Assembly (NCBI GenBank): GCA_963766735.1
Contig: CAVYBU010000002.1
Span: 32,001-96,000, forward strand
Reading direction: 5' to 3'
Source of the DNA: an uncultured Chloroflexia bacterium
GTDB lineage: Bacteria; Chloroflexota; Limnocylindria; Limnocylindrales; CSP1-4
DNA: 64,000 nt
The notes beneath the pieces are model-generated. The model was not told the DNA's origin, did not search any database, and was given only the letters and a program-made list of their open reading frames with translations. The number at the start of each line of letters is the position of its first letter. Positions within the stretch are counted from its first letter, which is position 1. Below are positions 50,693-59,486 of this stretch, one piece after another. A program made the position numbers and the translations under genes.

Positions 50693-51583
50693 GTGAACGG
50701 ACCGACCGTCCACCACGTGACCCTCACCGTCACCGACATCCATCGAAGCGCCGAGTGGTACCAGATGCTGCTGGGCCCGGCCGCGCCGGTCGAGCGGCAG
50801 GGACCGACATGGCAGCGCATCCGCATGCAATGGCCGTGGGGGCTGGTGATCGGCGTCACCCGCCACGACGCGACGCCAGGTTCGTCCTTCGATTGCACTC
50901 AGCCGGGCCTCGACCACCTGGGCCTCGCCTGCGCAAGCGAGATGGACGTGCGCCGCTGGAAGGAGCGGCTCGACGAGCTGGGCCTGGAGCACGGCCCGCT
51001 CGAGACCCATGCGTACGGATGGGCCGTCACCGCCCGGGACCCCGACGGCATCGCCATCGAGTTCTTCAGTCCGACGGCCGTGGCTCCGCCCGGACCGGTC
51101 ATCGCGGGTGTCGGGGTCGTGTCGATTCGGTCCGTCCCGGAGGATCGGTCCCTGCTGAGGTCACCAAGCATCTACGAGGACTGGGGCGAGATGGCCCCGG
51201 AAGCGATGACAGTGAGGCAGGAGCGCTGGCTCGTCGAGCTCACTGCCGACGGGGCCACCACTCCCGTGGGCGACCTGAGCGCACGCGCAACTTGGAACGG
51301 TCCGACCCCGGGTTCGCGGGCCTACAACATCGGGATCAGCATCCTGGCCGATTTCCGTGGCCGCGGGATCGGTGCCGTCGCCCAGCGACTCCTCGCGGAC
51401 GAATTGCATGATCGCGGCGTGGTGAGGGTGGAAGCCAGCACGGACGTCGGCAACGTCGCCGAGCAGCGGGCTCTCCGCAAGGCGGGCTTCGAGCTCGAGG
51501 GCGTCCTGCGAAGCGCCCAGGCTCGGCGGGACGGCATTCACGACCTCCAGCTGTGGTCGCACGTCGTGCCGCGCCCGGAGTAG
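50693..51583 (+). CDS. VOC (glyoxalase-like) domain fused to a RimJ/RimL-type GNAT acetyltransferase
   Basis: HHVTLTVTD..S.EWY, GLDHLGL, RDPDGIAIEF; then FRGRGIG, STDVGNVAEQRALRKAGFELEG; GGAGG RBS. Confidence 0.78.
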   Translation: MNGPTVHHVTLTVTDIHRSAEWYQMLLGPAAPVERQGPTWQRIRMQWPWGLVIGVTRHDATPGSSFDCTQPGLDHLGLACASEMDVRRWKERLDELGLEHGPLETHAYGWAVTARDPDGIAIEFFSPTAVAPPGPVIAGVGVVSIRSVPEDRSLLRSPSIYEDWGEMAPEAMTVRQERWLVELTADGATTPVGDLSARATWNGPTPGSRAYNIGISILADFRGRGIGAVAQRLLADELHDRGVVRVEASTDVGNVAEQRALRKAGFELEGVLRSAQARRDGIHDLQLWSHVVPRPE

Positions 51584-51708
51584 GTGGCGGGACCCTCGGG
51601 CGAGCGCTGTCGCCCGGGGACGTGGTCAAGGTCTGCGCGCGCAACCCGGGCGAACTCGATCCCCGGCACATTGCCCCGTGCACATCCGACCTGGGTGAAC
51701 CGGCCGGC

Positions 51709-52422
51709 TCACGCGCCTCCGTAGAGCGGAATCCGGGCTCCGTTCACCACGCGGGCCTCGTCGGAGAGCAGGTATGCGAGTGCCGCCGAGATCTCCTCGG
51801 GCGTCGTCCATGACGCGTTCTTCGGGGTGGGGTCCGCAGCGCGCGCGCGTGCCGCGTCGATGGTCTTCACGAGCAGCATGTTCACCGTGATCCCACTCGC
51901 AGCGACCTCCCGGGAGAGCGTGGACAGCAGGGCCTCCTGCGCGGCCTTGCCGACCGCGTACGCGGACATCCCGGCGGGCGGGTTCGAGGCGACGGGTGAC
52001 GAGATCGCCACGATCCGCCCCCAACCCCCGGCGGCCAGGTGCGGGACCAGCGCACGGGTGACGTGGAGCGTCGTCCGGAAGTGCTGGTCGAGCATCGAGG
52101 TGTAGGCGTCCAGCGGTGTCTCCGTCACCGTGGTGCCGCCGCTCCAGCCGCCGACGACGTGGACGAGGATGTCGGCCCGGCCGAGACCCGCGACGAGGGC
52201 GTCGATGGCCTGGGAGGTCTTGTCGGCGTCCGTGAGGTCGACGGCCTCGCCCTGCCAGCGGTCGGGTGCCAGCGAGAGCTCCGCGGCAAGCGCCTCCAGG
52301 CGATCCATCCGCGTCCCCAGCAGCCCCAGTCTCGCGCCCGCGGCAGCCAGGTCCCGGGTGACGACCTTCCCGAGGCCGCCGGTCGCGCCGGTGACGATCG
52401 CGACGCGATCACGCAGGTCCAT
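51709..52422 (-). CDS. SDR-family oxidoreductase
   Basis: VTGATGGLG, GRIVAISS, YAVGK (YxxxK). Confidence 0.9.
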   Translation of the reverse strand: MDLRDRVAIVTGATGGLGKVVTRDLAAAGARLGLLGTRMDRLEALAAELSLAPDRWQGEAVDLTDADKTSQAIDALVAGLGRADILVHVVGGWSGGTTVTETPLDAYTSMLDQHFRTTLHVTRALVPHLAAGGWGRIVAISSPVASNPPAGMSAYAVGKAAQEALLSTLSREVAASGITVNMLLVKTIDAARARAADPTPKNASWTTPEEISAALAYLLSDEARVVNGARIPLYGGA

Positions 52423-52625
52423 TGGTCTCCTCCTCGAGCGCAGTGATGGCCTTGGGCGTCATGCCGTCCATGATCGGGCGGTCCATCTGCTCGCACAGGT
52501 GCACCCTGCCGTCCAGGTCGAGCAGGTGGCCGGACTTGGTCGCCCTGGTCTCAAGCCCGGTCCGGGCGACCTGCCGATGGTACGCAGGGTCTGCCCAGGC
52601 TGGATGTGGCGATGGTCACGGGAGA

Positions 52626-53510
52626 CTACGGCCTCACCCGGGCGCAACCGTCGAGCAGCTCGAGGAATCCCTCGCGCTCCAGGCTTCGCGCAGCCGCCAT
52701 GATCGCTGCCGCGTCGTGATCGCCAATCCGGGGCGGCAGCGGGATCCAGGCGCCGGGGCTGGCGCTGGTCAGCGACGCGACCAGGCGGCCACGCAGCCAC
52801 CGGGTGGTCTGCGGGAATGGAAGAGACCGGCGCGGCATCGCGGCGACGCTGATGTCTCCGCGCGACGCGCACATTCGGCTCAGCGGGCAGGAGCCGCATC
52901 GCGGCGCCGCCTTCGTGCAGGTGCTTGCGGCAAGGTCCATCACCGCGTTGAGCCACCGGCGGGGGTGGCGAGGATCCACGAGTGCGTCCGCGGTCTCCTG
53001 GAGGTCGCGTGATCCCGGGTCCGAGCCACTCACGCGACTCATGACCCGCCTCACGTTGACGTCGAGCGGTGCGACGGGCGTGCCGAAGGCCGTCGCGGCG
53101 ACGGCGCGAGCCGTGTAGGGACCGATGCCCGGCAGCGTCTCGAGCTCGATCACGTTGACGGGCACCCGCCCCCCGTGATCAACAACGATCCGGCGAGCGG
53201 TCTCGCGCAGGGCCAGCGCCCTGCGGTTGTAGCCCAGCCCTGACCACGCGGCAAGGAGGTCATGCGTGCCGGCGTCGGCGAGAGCCGAGGGGGAGGGCCA
53301 CGTGTCTACGAAGCGGCGCCACGCCGGGCCGACCCGCTCGATCCCCGTCTGGTGGGACATGACCTCGGCGACGAGGACCTCCCACGGTGTTGAAGCATCC
53401 CGGATCACCAGCGAACGCCCGGCCTCCGCATGCCAGGCGAACAGGCGTGTCGCGAGGCGCCGACGGGTCAGCGGCTCACGCTTGCGATCTCGGATCTGCC
53501 TCGTGGGCAC
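52626..53510 (-). CDS. mutY: A/G-specific adenine glycosylase (short MutY, HhH-GPD with Fe-S cluster)
   Basis: PWEVLVAEVMSHQT, WSGLGYNRRA, LPGIGPYTA, DVNVRRV, CTKAAPRCGSCPLSRMC; start uncertain. Confidence 0.85.
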   Translation of the reverse strand: MPTRQIRDRKREPLTRRRLATRLFAWHAEAGRSLVIRDASTPWEVLVAEVMSHQTGIERVGPAWRRFVDTWPSPSALADAGTHDLLAAWSGLGYNRRALALRETARRIVVDHGGRVPVNVIELETLPGIGPYTARAVAATAFGTPVAPLDVNVRRVMSRVSGSDPGSRDLQETADALVDPRHPRRWLNAVMDLAASTCTKAAPRCGSCPLSRMCASRGDISVAAMPRRSLPFPQTTRWLRGRLVASLTSASPGAWIPLPPRIGDHDAAAIMAAARSLEREGFLELLDGCARVRP

Positions 53511-53717
53511 TGCTGCGTGCACTCCCTGTGGGTGACCCGCGCACGCTCGCATGCCCGAAGGGGAGCGGAGCGGGACGCTGGTGGGAGGAGCATTCCACAG
53601 GCTCGCACCGGACGCAGGCGATGCTCGAGACAGCACCCGGGCACAGGCAGCGGGATCCGGGCGAGACCCCCCGGCCCCGGGGACCACCCGCCCGTCCGGC
53701 GCGGTACCCTCTGTGAC

Positions 53718-54500
53718 GTGCCCTCTGGAACCAGCCCCCTGCCTGCCGACGACCCGGATCTGCGCTCGCTCACCCTGGACGAGCTCGAGCTCCGCTGGAC
53801 GGAGGCCGCGTCCCGCACGGCGATCTCCGCCGAGTCGATGACGGGTGCGGATCGCAAGGCACAGGCCCTCGGCATCCCAGGCGAGCAGCTGATGGAGCAT
53901 GCAGGAACTGCCGTCGCCGCCGCCGCGAGGGCGCTCCTGCAGCACAACGCGCGCGAGGGCCGCTCGATCCTGATCCTGGCCGGCCCCGGCAACAACGGCG
54001 GCGACGGGTTTGTGGCCGCCCGGCGCCTCGCGGAGTGGGGCTATCCGGTGATCGCCGTGCTGGTCGCGGCCGAGGAGAGGCCGAGGACCCGCGACGCGGC
54101 GCACAACTGGAAGCGCCTCGACGGCATCGCTGGCATCACCCTTATCCATGTCCCGGTGGCGCGCGATCTCGCCATCCTGGAACAGGGGATCGAGAAGGCG
54201 GGGATCATCGTCGACGCGCTCCTGGGTACCGGCGTGCAGGGACGCCTCCGGGAACCCGTCCGGGGCGCCGTCGAGATGATCCGGCGGGCCCGCGACGCGG
54301 GGACCCCGGTCCTTGCCGTGGACACGCCGACCGCCGTGGACCTGACCTCGGGGGACCCGTCCGATCCGGTTGTCCGGGCGGATCTCACCGTCACCTTCCA
54401 CCGCCCGAAGCTCGGGCTCCGGGCACGCGTCGGCAAGGCCTATGCCGGGCGCGTCCTGGTGGCGCCGATCGGCATCCCGCAGGAGGCCGACCGTGGCTGA
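53718..54500 (+). CDS. nnrE: NAD(P)H-hydrate epimerase (standalone YjeF N-domain)
   Basis: LMEHAG, GPGNNGGDGFVAARRL, VDALLGTG, AVDTPT, ADLTVTF, IGIP. Confidence 0.88.
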   Translation: MPSGTSPLPADDPDLRSLTLDELELRWTEAASRTAISAESMTGADRKAQALGIPGEQLMEHAGTAVAAAARALLQHNAREGRSILILAGPGNNGGDGFVAARRLAEWGYPVIAVLVAAEERPRTRDAAHNWKRLDGIAGITLIHVPVARDLAILEQGIEKAGIIVDALLGTGVQGRLREPVRGAVEMIRRARDAGTPVLAVDTPTAVDLTSGDPSDPVVRADLTVTFHRPKLGLRARVGKAYAGRVLVAPIGIPQEADRG

Positions 54501-54729
54501 ACCCGAGAGCCTGCCCACGGCATCCACCCACGACCGCCAGCCCGGCATCCGCGCGGTGCTCCTGGTCGCGGCTGCGGTCGTGCTGACCGTGTTCGTGGCG
54601 GCCGCCGCCACCGCGCTGCTGCCCCGCGAGGGCCAGGCGCTCGTCTTCGACACGCCACTCCTCATCGTCGTGCTCATCGCGGGGACCACGATCGTCCTCT
54701 GGCGCATCCTGCGTTCACCGCATACCTGA
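54493..54729 (+). CDS. Small 2-TM membrane protein
   Basis: AGGAGG RBS and GTG; two hydrophobic helices; fills the gap between nnrE and glpD. Confidence 0.65.
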   Translation: MAEPESLPTASTHDRQPGIRAVLLVAAAVVLTVFVAAAATALLPREGQALVFDTPLLIVVLIAGTTIVLWRILRSPHT

Positions 54730-54741
54730 GAGGGAACTCCC

Positions 54742-56415
54742 GTGACCGACCAGCCGACCCCGCACGCGACGCGACCGCCGCTCGCGCGGCGCGGCGCCGA
54801 CCTCGAGCGACTTGCCAACGAGCAGTGGGACCTGTTGGTCGTGGGGGGCGGGATCGTCGGTGCGGGCGCGCTGCTGGACGCCGCCAGCCGCGGGCTGCGG
54901 GTCGCGCTGGTCGAGCAGGACGACATCGCGGTCGGGACCTCGTCCCGTTCGAGTCGTCTGATCCATGGCGGCCTCCGCTATCTCCAGCAGTTCGAGGTCA
55001 ACCTCGTCCGCGAAGCGCTTCGTGAAAGGGCCAGGCTCCTGCGCCTCGCTCCGCACCTCGTTCGCCTCGAGGACTTCCTGTTCCCGCTCTACGGGCCACC
55101 CGCGGCGACGCGCGCCCTGTACACGGCCGGCCTGACGATGTACGACCTCCTGGGATCGGCGAAGTCGGGTGGCCGCCACCGGCACCTGTCCGTCGAGGAG
55201 ACGCTGGAGTACGCGCCCAACCTCGTCCGCAAGGACCTTCGGGGAGCGCTGCTCTACCACGACGCGATGGAGGACGACGCTCGCTTCACCCTCGCCGTCG
55301 TCCGCACGGCCCTGGCCCAGAAGACCGGCATCGCCGTCGCCCTCACCCGCGTACGCGCGACCGGCCCCATCCGCAAGGGCGACCGTGTCACCGGCGCCAA
55401 CGTGGAGGATCGCCTGACCGGGGCCACCTTCGAGGTCCGGGCCGACGCCGTCCTCGACGCGACGGGCGTCTGGGGCGCGATGCCGGACCGCCCGTTCGGC
55501 GCCGGTTCCTTCAACGTGCTGCCGTCGCGCGGCAGCCACCTGGTCATCCCGCGGGAGCGGATCCCGGCCCGCGGCGGCATGACGCTCCGGATCCCGGGCC
55601 GCGTCGCGTTCCTGGTCCCGTGGCCGCACCACTGGCTCATCGGCACGACGGATCACCCGTTCCGCGGGGAGGTCGACCGGGTCGGGGCCAGCCCGGAGGA
55701 GGTGGACGAGATCCTGGGCACCCTCAATGGGGCCCTGGATACGACGATCACCCGTGACGACCTCCTGGGGACGTACGCGGGTCTGCGGCCGCTCATCGCG
55801 CCCTCGGACTCCAGCTCCACGGTCAAGATCTCCCGTGAGCACAAGGTGAGCGTGGAGGGCGAGGGCCTGGTCCGCATCAGCGGCGGCAAGTACACGACGT
55901 ACCGCGTCATGGCCCGGGATGCCGTGGACGCGATCCTGGGCGACGGCGCGAAGGCCCGCCCGAGCGGGACCGCGAACCTGCCGATCATCGGTGCCGCCGC
56001 CCGATCCGGGTTGGACGCGCTCGTTGCCCGCCTGGCGACCGGGGCCGGCGACGAGGCCGGGATAGGGGAGGAGGCCGCCCGCTCGCTGGTGGACCGCCAC
56101 GGCACGGATGCCGAGGACGTCCTGGCGCTCGGTCGGGAGCACGACCTGGTCCGGCCGCTGTTGGACGGGCACCCGTACCTGGAGGCCGAGGTCGCCTGGG
56201 CTGCCGAACGCGAGCTGGCCCTGTCCCTGGACGACCTTCTGGCGCGCAGGATCCGGCTCGCGCCGGCACTCCGGGACCGGGGCGCATCCATCGCCCCGCG
56301 CGCTGCAGCAATCGCGGGCCACGTCCTGGGCTGGGACGCCGACCGCCAGGCCGCTGAGGTCGTGTCGTACCTCGAGGGCGCGCGCCGCGAGTACGACGTC
56401 CCGCCGCCCGCATGA
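54742..56415 (+). CDS. glpD: Glycerol-3-phosphate dehydrogenase/oxidase (FAD)
   Basis: VVGGGIVGAG, GTSSRSSRLIHGGLRYL, DDAR, GTTD, AGLRPL, GGKYTTYR. Confidence 0.93.
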   Translation: MTDQPTPHATRPPLARRGADLERLANEQWDLLVVGGGIVGAGALLDAASRGLRVALVEQDDIAVGTSSRSSRLIHGGLRYLQQFEVNLVREALRERARLLRLAPHLVRLEDFLFPLYGPPAATRALYTAGLTMYDLLGSAKSGGRHRHLSVEETLEYAPNLVRKDLRGALLYHDAMEDDARFTLAVVRTALAQKTGIAVALTRVRATGPIRKGDRVTGANVEDRLTGATFEVRADAVLDATGVWGAMPDRPFGAGSFNVLPSRGSHLVIPRERIPARGGMTLRIPGRVAFLVPWPHHWLIGTTDHPFRGEVDRVGASPEEVDEILGTLNGALDTTITRDDLLGTYAGLRPLIAPSDSSSTVKISREHKVSVEGEGLVRISGGKYTTYRVMARDAVDAILGDGAKARPSGTANLPIIGAAARSGLDALVARLATGAGDEAGIGEEAARSLVDRHGTDAEDVLALGREHDLVRPLLDGHPYLEAEVAWAAERELALSLDDLLARRIRLAPALRDRGASIAPRAAAIAGHVLGWDADRQAAEVVSYLEGARREYDVPPPA

Positions 56416-57908
56416 CCACCGATCGGGTCGTCCTCGCGCTTGACCAGGGGACCACCTCGTCCCGCGCCATCGCGTTCGACGCGCTCGGGGTCCCGGTGGC
56501 ACAGGCCCAGCGCGAGTTCCCCCAGGGGTTCCCGTCCCCCGGCCATGTGACCCACGACCCCGAGGACATCTGGGGCAGCCAGCTGCGCGTCGCGCGGGAG
56601 GTGGTCGAGGCGGTCGGGGTGGACCACATCGCTGCCATCGGCGTGACGAACCAGCGCGAGACCACCGTCGTCTGGGACCGTGCGACCGGTCGTGCCGTCG
56701 CCCCCGCCATCGTCTGGCAGAGCCGGATCACGGCCCCCTTCTGCGAGCGATTGCGCGCGGATGGCACGGAGCAGTTCATCCGCGAGCGCTCGGGACTGCC
56801 GCTGGACCCGTACTTCTCGGGCGCGAAGATCCGGCACATCCTCGACGAGGGCGGCCTGCGTGCACGGGCGGAGCGTGGGGAGCTCCTCTTCGGGACCGTG
56901 GACACCTGGCTGGTCTGGCGGCTTACCGGGGGGCGGATCCACGCCACGGACGTCTCGAATGCATCGCGGACGCAGCTTCTCAACCTGCGAACGCTGGCCT
57001 GGGACGACGACCTGCTCCGCCTGTTCGAGGTGCCGCGGGCGATGCTGCCGGAAGTCCGGCCCTCGTCCGCGGTCTGGGGCGAGACGGATCCGGCGACCTT
57101 CGGCCGGGCGATCCCGATCGCGGGCGTGGCCGGAGACCAGCAGGCGGCGATGTTCGGGCAGGCCTGCTTCTCGCCGGGCGAGGCCAAGAACACCTTCGGG
57201 ACGGGCGCCTTCCTGCTGGCCAACGTGGGCGCCGAGCCGGTGGCGTCGAGTCATGGCCTGCTGTCCACCGTGCTGTGGCAACTGGGCGATGGTGGACCGG
57301 TGGCCTACGCGCTGGAGGGCTCCGTGTTCATCGCCGGGGCCGCCGTTCAGTGGCTGCGGGACGGGTTGCGGGCGATCCGCTCAGCGGACGACCTCGATGA
57401 TCTGACACGGGGCGTGGAGGATACCGGCGGCGTGTACGTGGTCCCGGCGTTCACGGGCCTGGGCGCGCCGTACTGGGATCCGCACGCCCGCGGCCTGATC
57501 ATCGGCCTCACCCGCGGGTCGGGGCTGCCGGAGATCGCCAGGGCGACGGTCGACTCGATCGCCTACCAGGTGGCGGATGTTGCCGCGGCCATCGTCGCCG
57601 ATCGCGGTGCGCCACTCGCGGACCTCCGGGTGGACGGGGGAGCGGCGCGCAACGACGACCTGCTCCGGTTCACGGCGGACCTGCTGGACGTCCCGGTGGA
57701 GCGGCCCAGGGTCACGGAGACCACGGCCTGGGGCGCGGCCTCCCTGGCCGGTCTGGCGACCGGTGTCTGGAGCTCGATCGACGAGCTGGCGTCCATCCGT
57801 GCCGTGGACCGGCGGTTCGCGCCGGCGATGGATCCGCTCCGCCGGGAGGGGCTCATGCGGGGCTGGCACCGGGCCGTCGACCGGTCCCGCGGCTGGGCCG
57901 AGGACTGA
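56412..57908 (+). CDS. glpK: Glycerol kinase
   Basis: LDQGTTSSR, TNQRETT, DPYFSG, TDVSNASRT, GDQQAA, ALEGS, PAFTGLGAPYW, VDGG. Confidence 0.95.
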   Translation: MTTDRVVLALDQGTTSSRAIAFDALGVPVAQAQREFPQGFPSPGHVTHDPEDIWGSQLRVAREVVEAVGVDHIAAIGVTNQRETTVVWDRATGRAVAPAIVWQSRITAPFCERLRADGTEQFIRERSGLPLDPYFSGAKIRHILDEGGLRARAERGELLFGTVDTWLVWRLTGGRIHATDVSNASRTQLLNLRTLAWDDDLLRLFEVPRAMLPEVRPSSAVWGETDPATFGRAIPIAGVAGDQQAAMFGQACFSPGEAKNTFGTGAFLLANVGAEPVASSHGLLSTVLWQLGDGGPVAYALEGSVFIAGAAVQWLRDGLRAIRSADDLDDLTRGVEDTGGVYVVPAFTGLGAPYWDPHARGLIIGLTRGSGLPEIARATVDSIAYQVADVAAAIVADRGAPLADLRVDGGAARNDDLLRFTADLLDVPVERPRVTETTAWGAASLAGLATGVWSSIDELASIRAVDRRFAPAMDPLRREGLMRGWHRAVDRSRGWAED

Positions 57909-58017
57909 TCGCAGCCCGACCCGAAGATTGGGTATCGCCACGGCTGCGGTTCCACCGTAGACTGCGCCCGTTGCGCGGATCGCCGCGCCGCCCACACCCG
58001 TTCGCACGTTCGACACT

Positions 58018-58080
58018 TGGTCTCCTCCGGCAAGCTCGTCGAGGACCCGGGCAAGAGGCGGCGACACCTGGAGGAGATCG
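58018..58080 (+). promoter_or_regulatory. RBS-sequestering stem in the 5' UTR of the zinc-ribbon gene
   Basis: TGGTCTCCTCCGG (58018-58030) pairs with CTGGAGGAGATCG (58068-58080); TAGACT -10 at 57958-57963. Confidence 0.55.
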
Positions 58081-58084
58081 GCAC

Positions 58085-58483
58085 GTGGCCGACAAGACAC
58101 TGACCTGTTCGGACTGCAGCACGGAGTTCGCGTTCACCGACCGAGATCAGGCCTTCTATGCGGAGAAGGGGTTCACGGAACCCCGGCGGTGCCCCTCGTG
58201 CCGCGCGAGCCGCAAGGCCGCGCGGGCGGGCGGCGAAAGCGGGTACGGCGGCGGCTCCTACTCGAGCGGCGGCTATGACACCGGCTACGGCGGTGGCGGC
58301 GGCTACTCCGCCGGCGGCTACGGTGACACAGGCGGGGGCTACGGCAGCCGAAGCAGCGCTCCCCGCGAGATGTTCGCGGCCACGTGCAGCAGCTGCGGGA
58401 ACGAGGCGAAGGTTCCGTTCAAGCCGACCAACGGCAAGCCCGTGTACTGCTCGGACTGCTTCCGGACGATGCGGGGCGGCTGA
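58085..58483 (+). CDS. Double zinc-ribbon protein (zf-trcl-like and CxxC-x17-CxxC) with Gly/Tyr-rich linker
   Basis: DKTLTCSDC...FYAEKGFTEPRRCPSC and MFAATCSSCG..AKVPFKP..GKPVYCSDCF. Confidence 0.88.
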   Translation: MADKTLTCSDCSTEFAFTDRDQAFYAEKGFTEPRRCPSCRASRKAARAGGESGYGGGSYSSGGYDTGYGGGGGYSAGGYGDTGGGYGSRSSAPREMFAATCSSCGNEAKVPFKPTNGKPVYCSDCFRTMRGG

Positions 58484-58499
58484 GCTCTCGACTCCCAAG

Positions 58500-58534
58500 A
58501 CCGGGCCGCGGCTTCGCGGCCCGGTTTCGCGTTT
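58500..58534 (+). terminator. Intrinsic terminator
   Basis: ACCGGGCCGCG-GCTT-CGCGGCCCGGT followed by TTCGCGTTT. Confidence 0.75.
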
Positions 58535-58597
58535 CCCGGGCGCGGATGCCGCGGATCTGGTCGCGCGCAGGCGGCGTTCCGACGCGGTGCGTGCGCG

Positions 58598-59236
58598 TCA
58601 GTCCCGGGCGAGCATGTCCAGGTCGAATCGTCGCTCCGAACCGGTGAGCAGCCGGTGGATGTTGTCCGCGTGGGCCACCCAGACGACCGCGCAGCCGAGC
58701 GTCACTCCCACCGGATAGGCCACCGGGACGGTGCCGTTGGCGGCCAGCCACCAGATCGCGACCAGCGCGGCGCCCGCCGCGGTCGCCAGCAGCGATCCCA
58801 GCGAGACGTAACGCGTCGCGAGTATCACGACCACGAACACCGGCACCCCGACCAGGATTGCCGGCGGGAAGATCACCAGCATCGTCCCCACGCTCGTGCC
58901 GACTCCGCGCCCGCCCCTGAGCCCCAGGAACACGGAGTGCGTGGCGCCGAGGATCGCGAAGATGGCGCACAGGACCTCGACGGCCGCATTGCCGGTCACG
59001 TAGCGAGCCACGAGCACGGGGACCGCGCCCTTGAGCACATCCCCGGTCACCACCACCAGCGCCCGCTTGCGGCCCATCGCCCGCAACGCGTTCGTCCCGC
59101 CCGTCCGGCCGCTGCCGAGGGATCGAGGGTCGGGGGCACCGGTCAGCTTGGCGACCACGACGCCGAACGGGATGGAACCCGCCACGTAGGAGGCCGCGAC
59201 GAGCAGAATCGCGACGATGATCTCGTCGGCGCTCAT
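58598..59236 (-). CDS. plsY: Glycerol-3-phosphate 1-O-acyltransferase
   Basis: SYVAGSIPFG, GSGRTGGTNALR, DVLKG, RGGRGVGT, TRYVSLGSL, HADNIHRLLTGSE. Confidence 0.92.
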   Translation of the reverse strand: MSADEIIVAILLVAASYVAGSIPFGVVVAKLTGAPDPRSLGSGRTGGTNALRAMGRKRALVVVTGDVLKGAVPVLVARYVTGNAAVEVLCAIFAILGATHSVFLGLRGGRGVGTSVGTMLVIFPPAILVGVPVFVVVILATRYVSLGSLLATAAGAALVAIWWLAANGTVPVAYPVGVTLGCAVVWVAHADNIHRLLTGSERRFDLDMLARD

Positions 59237-59486
59237 CCCGGACACCTACCTCCGAGGCGCGCCCGAGGGGATCCGGACGCTCGTTCCCGAATCTAACACC
59301 GTGACGCCAGATTGCGAACGAGAACGAACCGGCGTTCGTCCGAGCCCTGCGCACCGGGCCGACTGGCCCGCCGCGTTCCTCGACGAACCTCCGTAGTACG
59401 ATCCACCCCGATGTCCCGTCCCTCCCACGCACGCCGCGGCTCCTGCTTGACGGCCCGCCCGTGACCCCAGCGGAGACTCCATAACG

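Noticed and set aside
52626-54926. 766-aa ORF implying a long MutY fusion
   Set aside because: The upstream portion overlaps nnrE and glpD on the opposite strand; MutY motifs are confined to the last ~290 aa
59411-59464. 17-codon uORF (MSRPSHARRGSCLTARP) after TACGAT upstream of lpdA
   Set aside because: No regulatory codon cluster, no terminator and poor codon bias; likely chance
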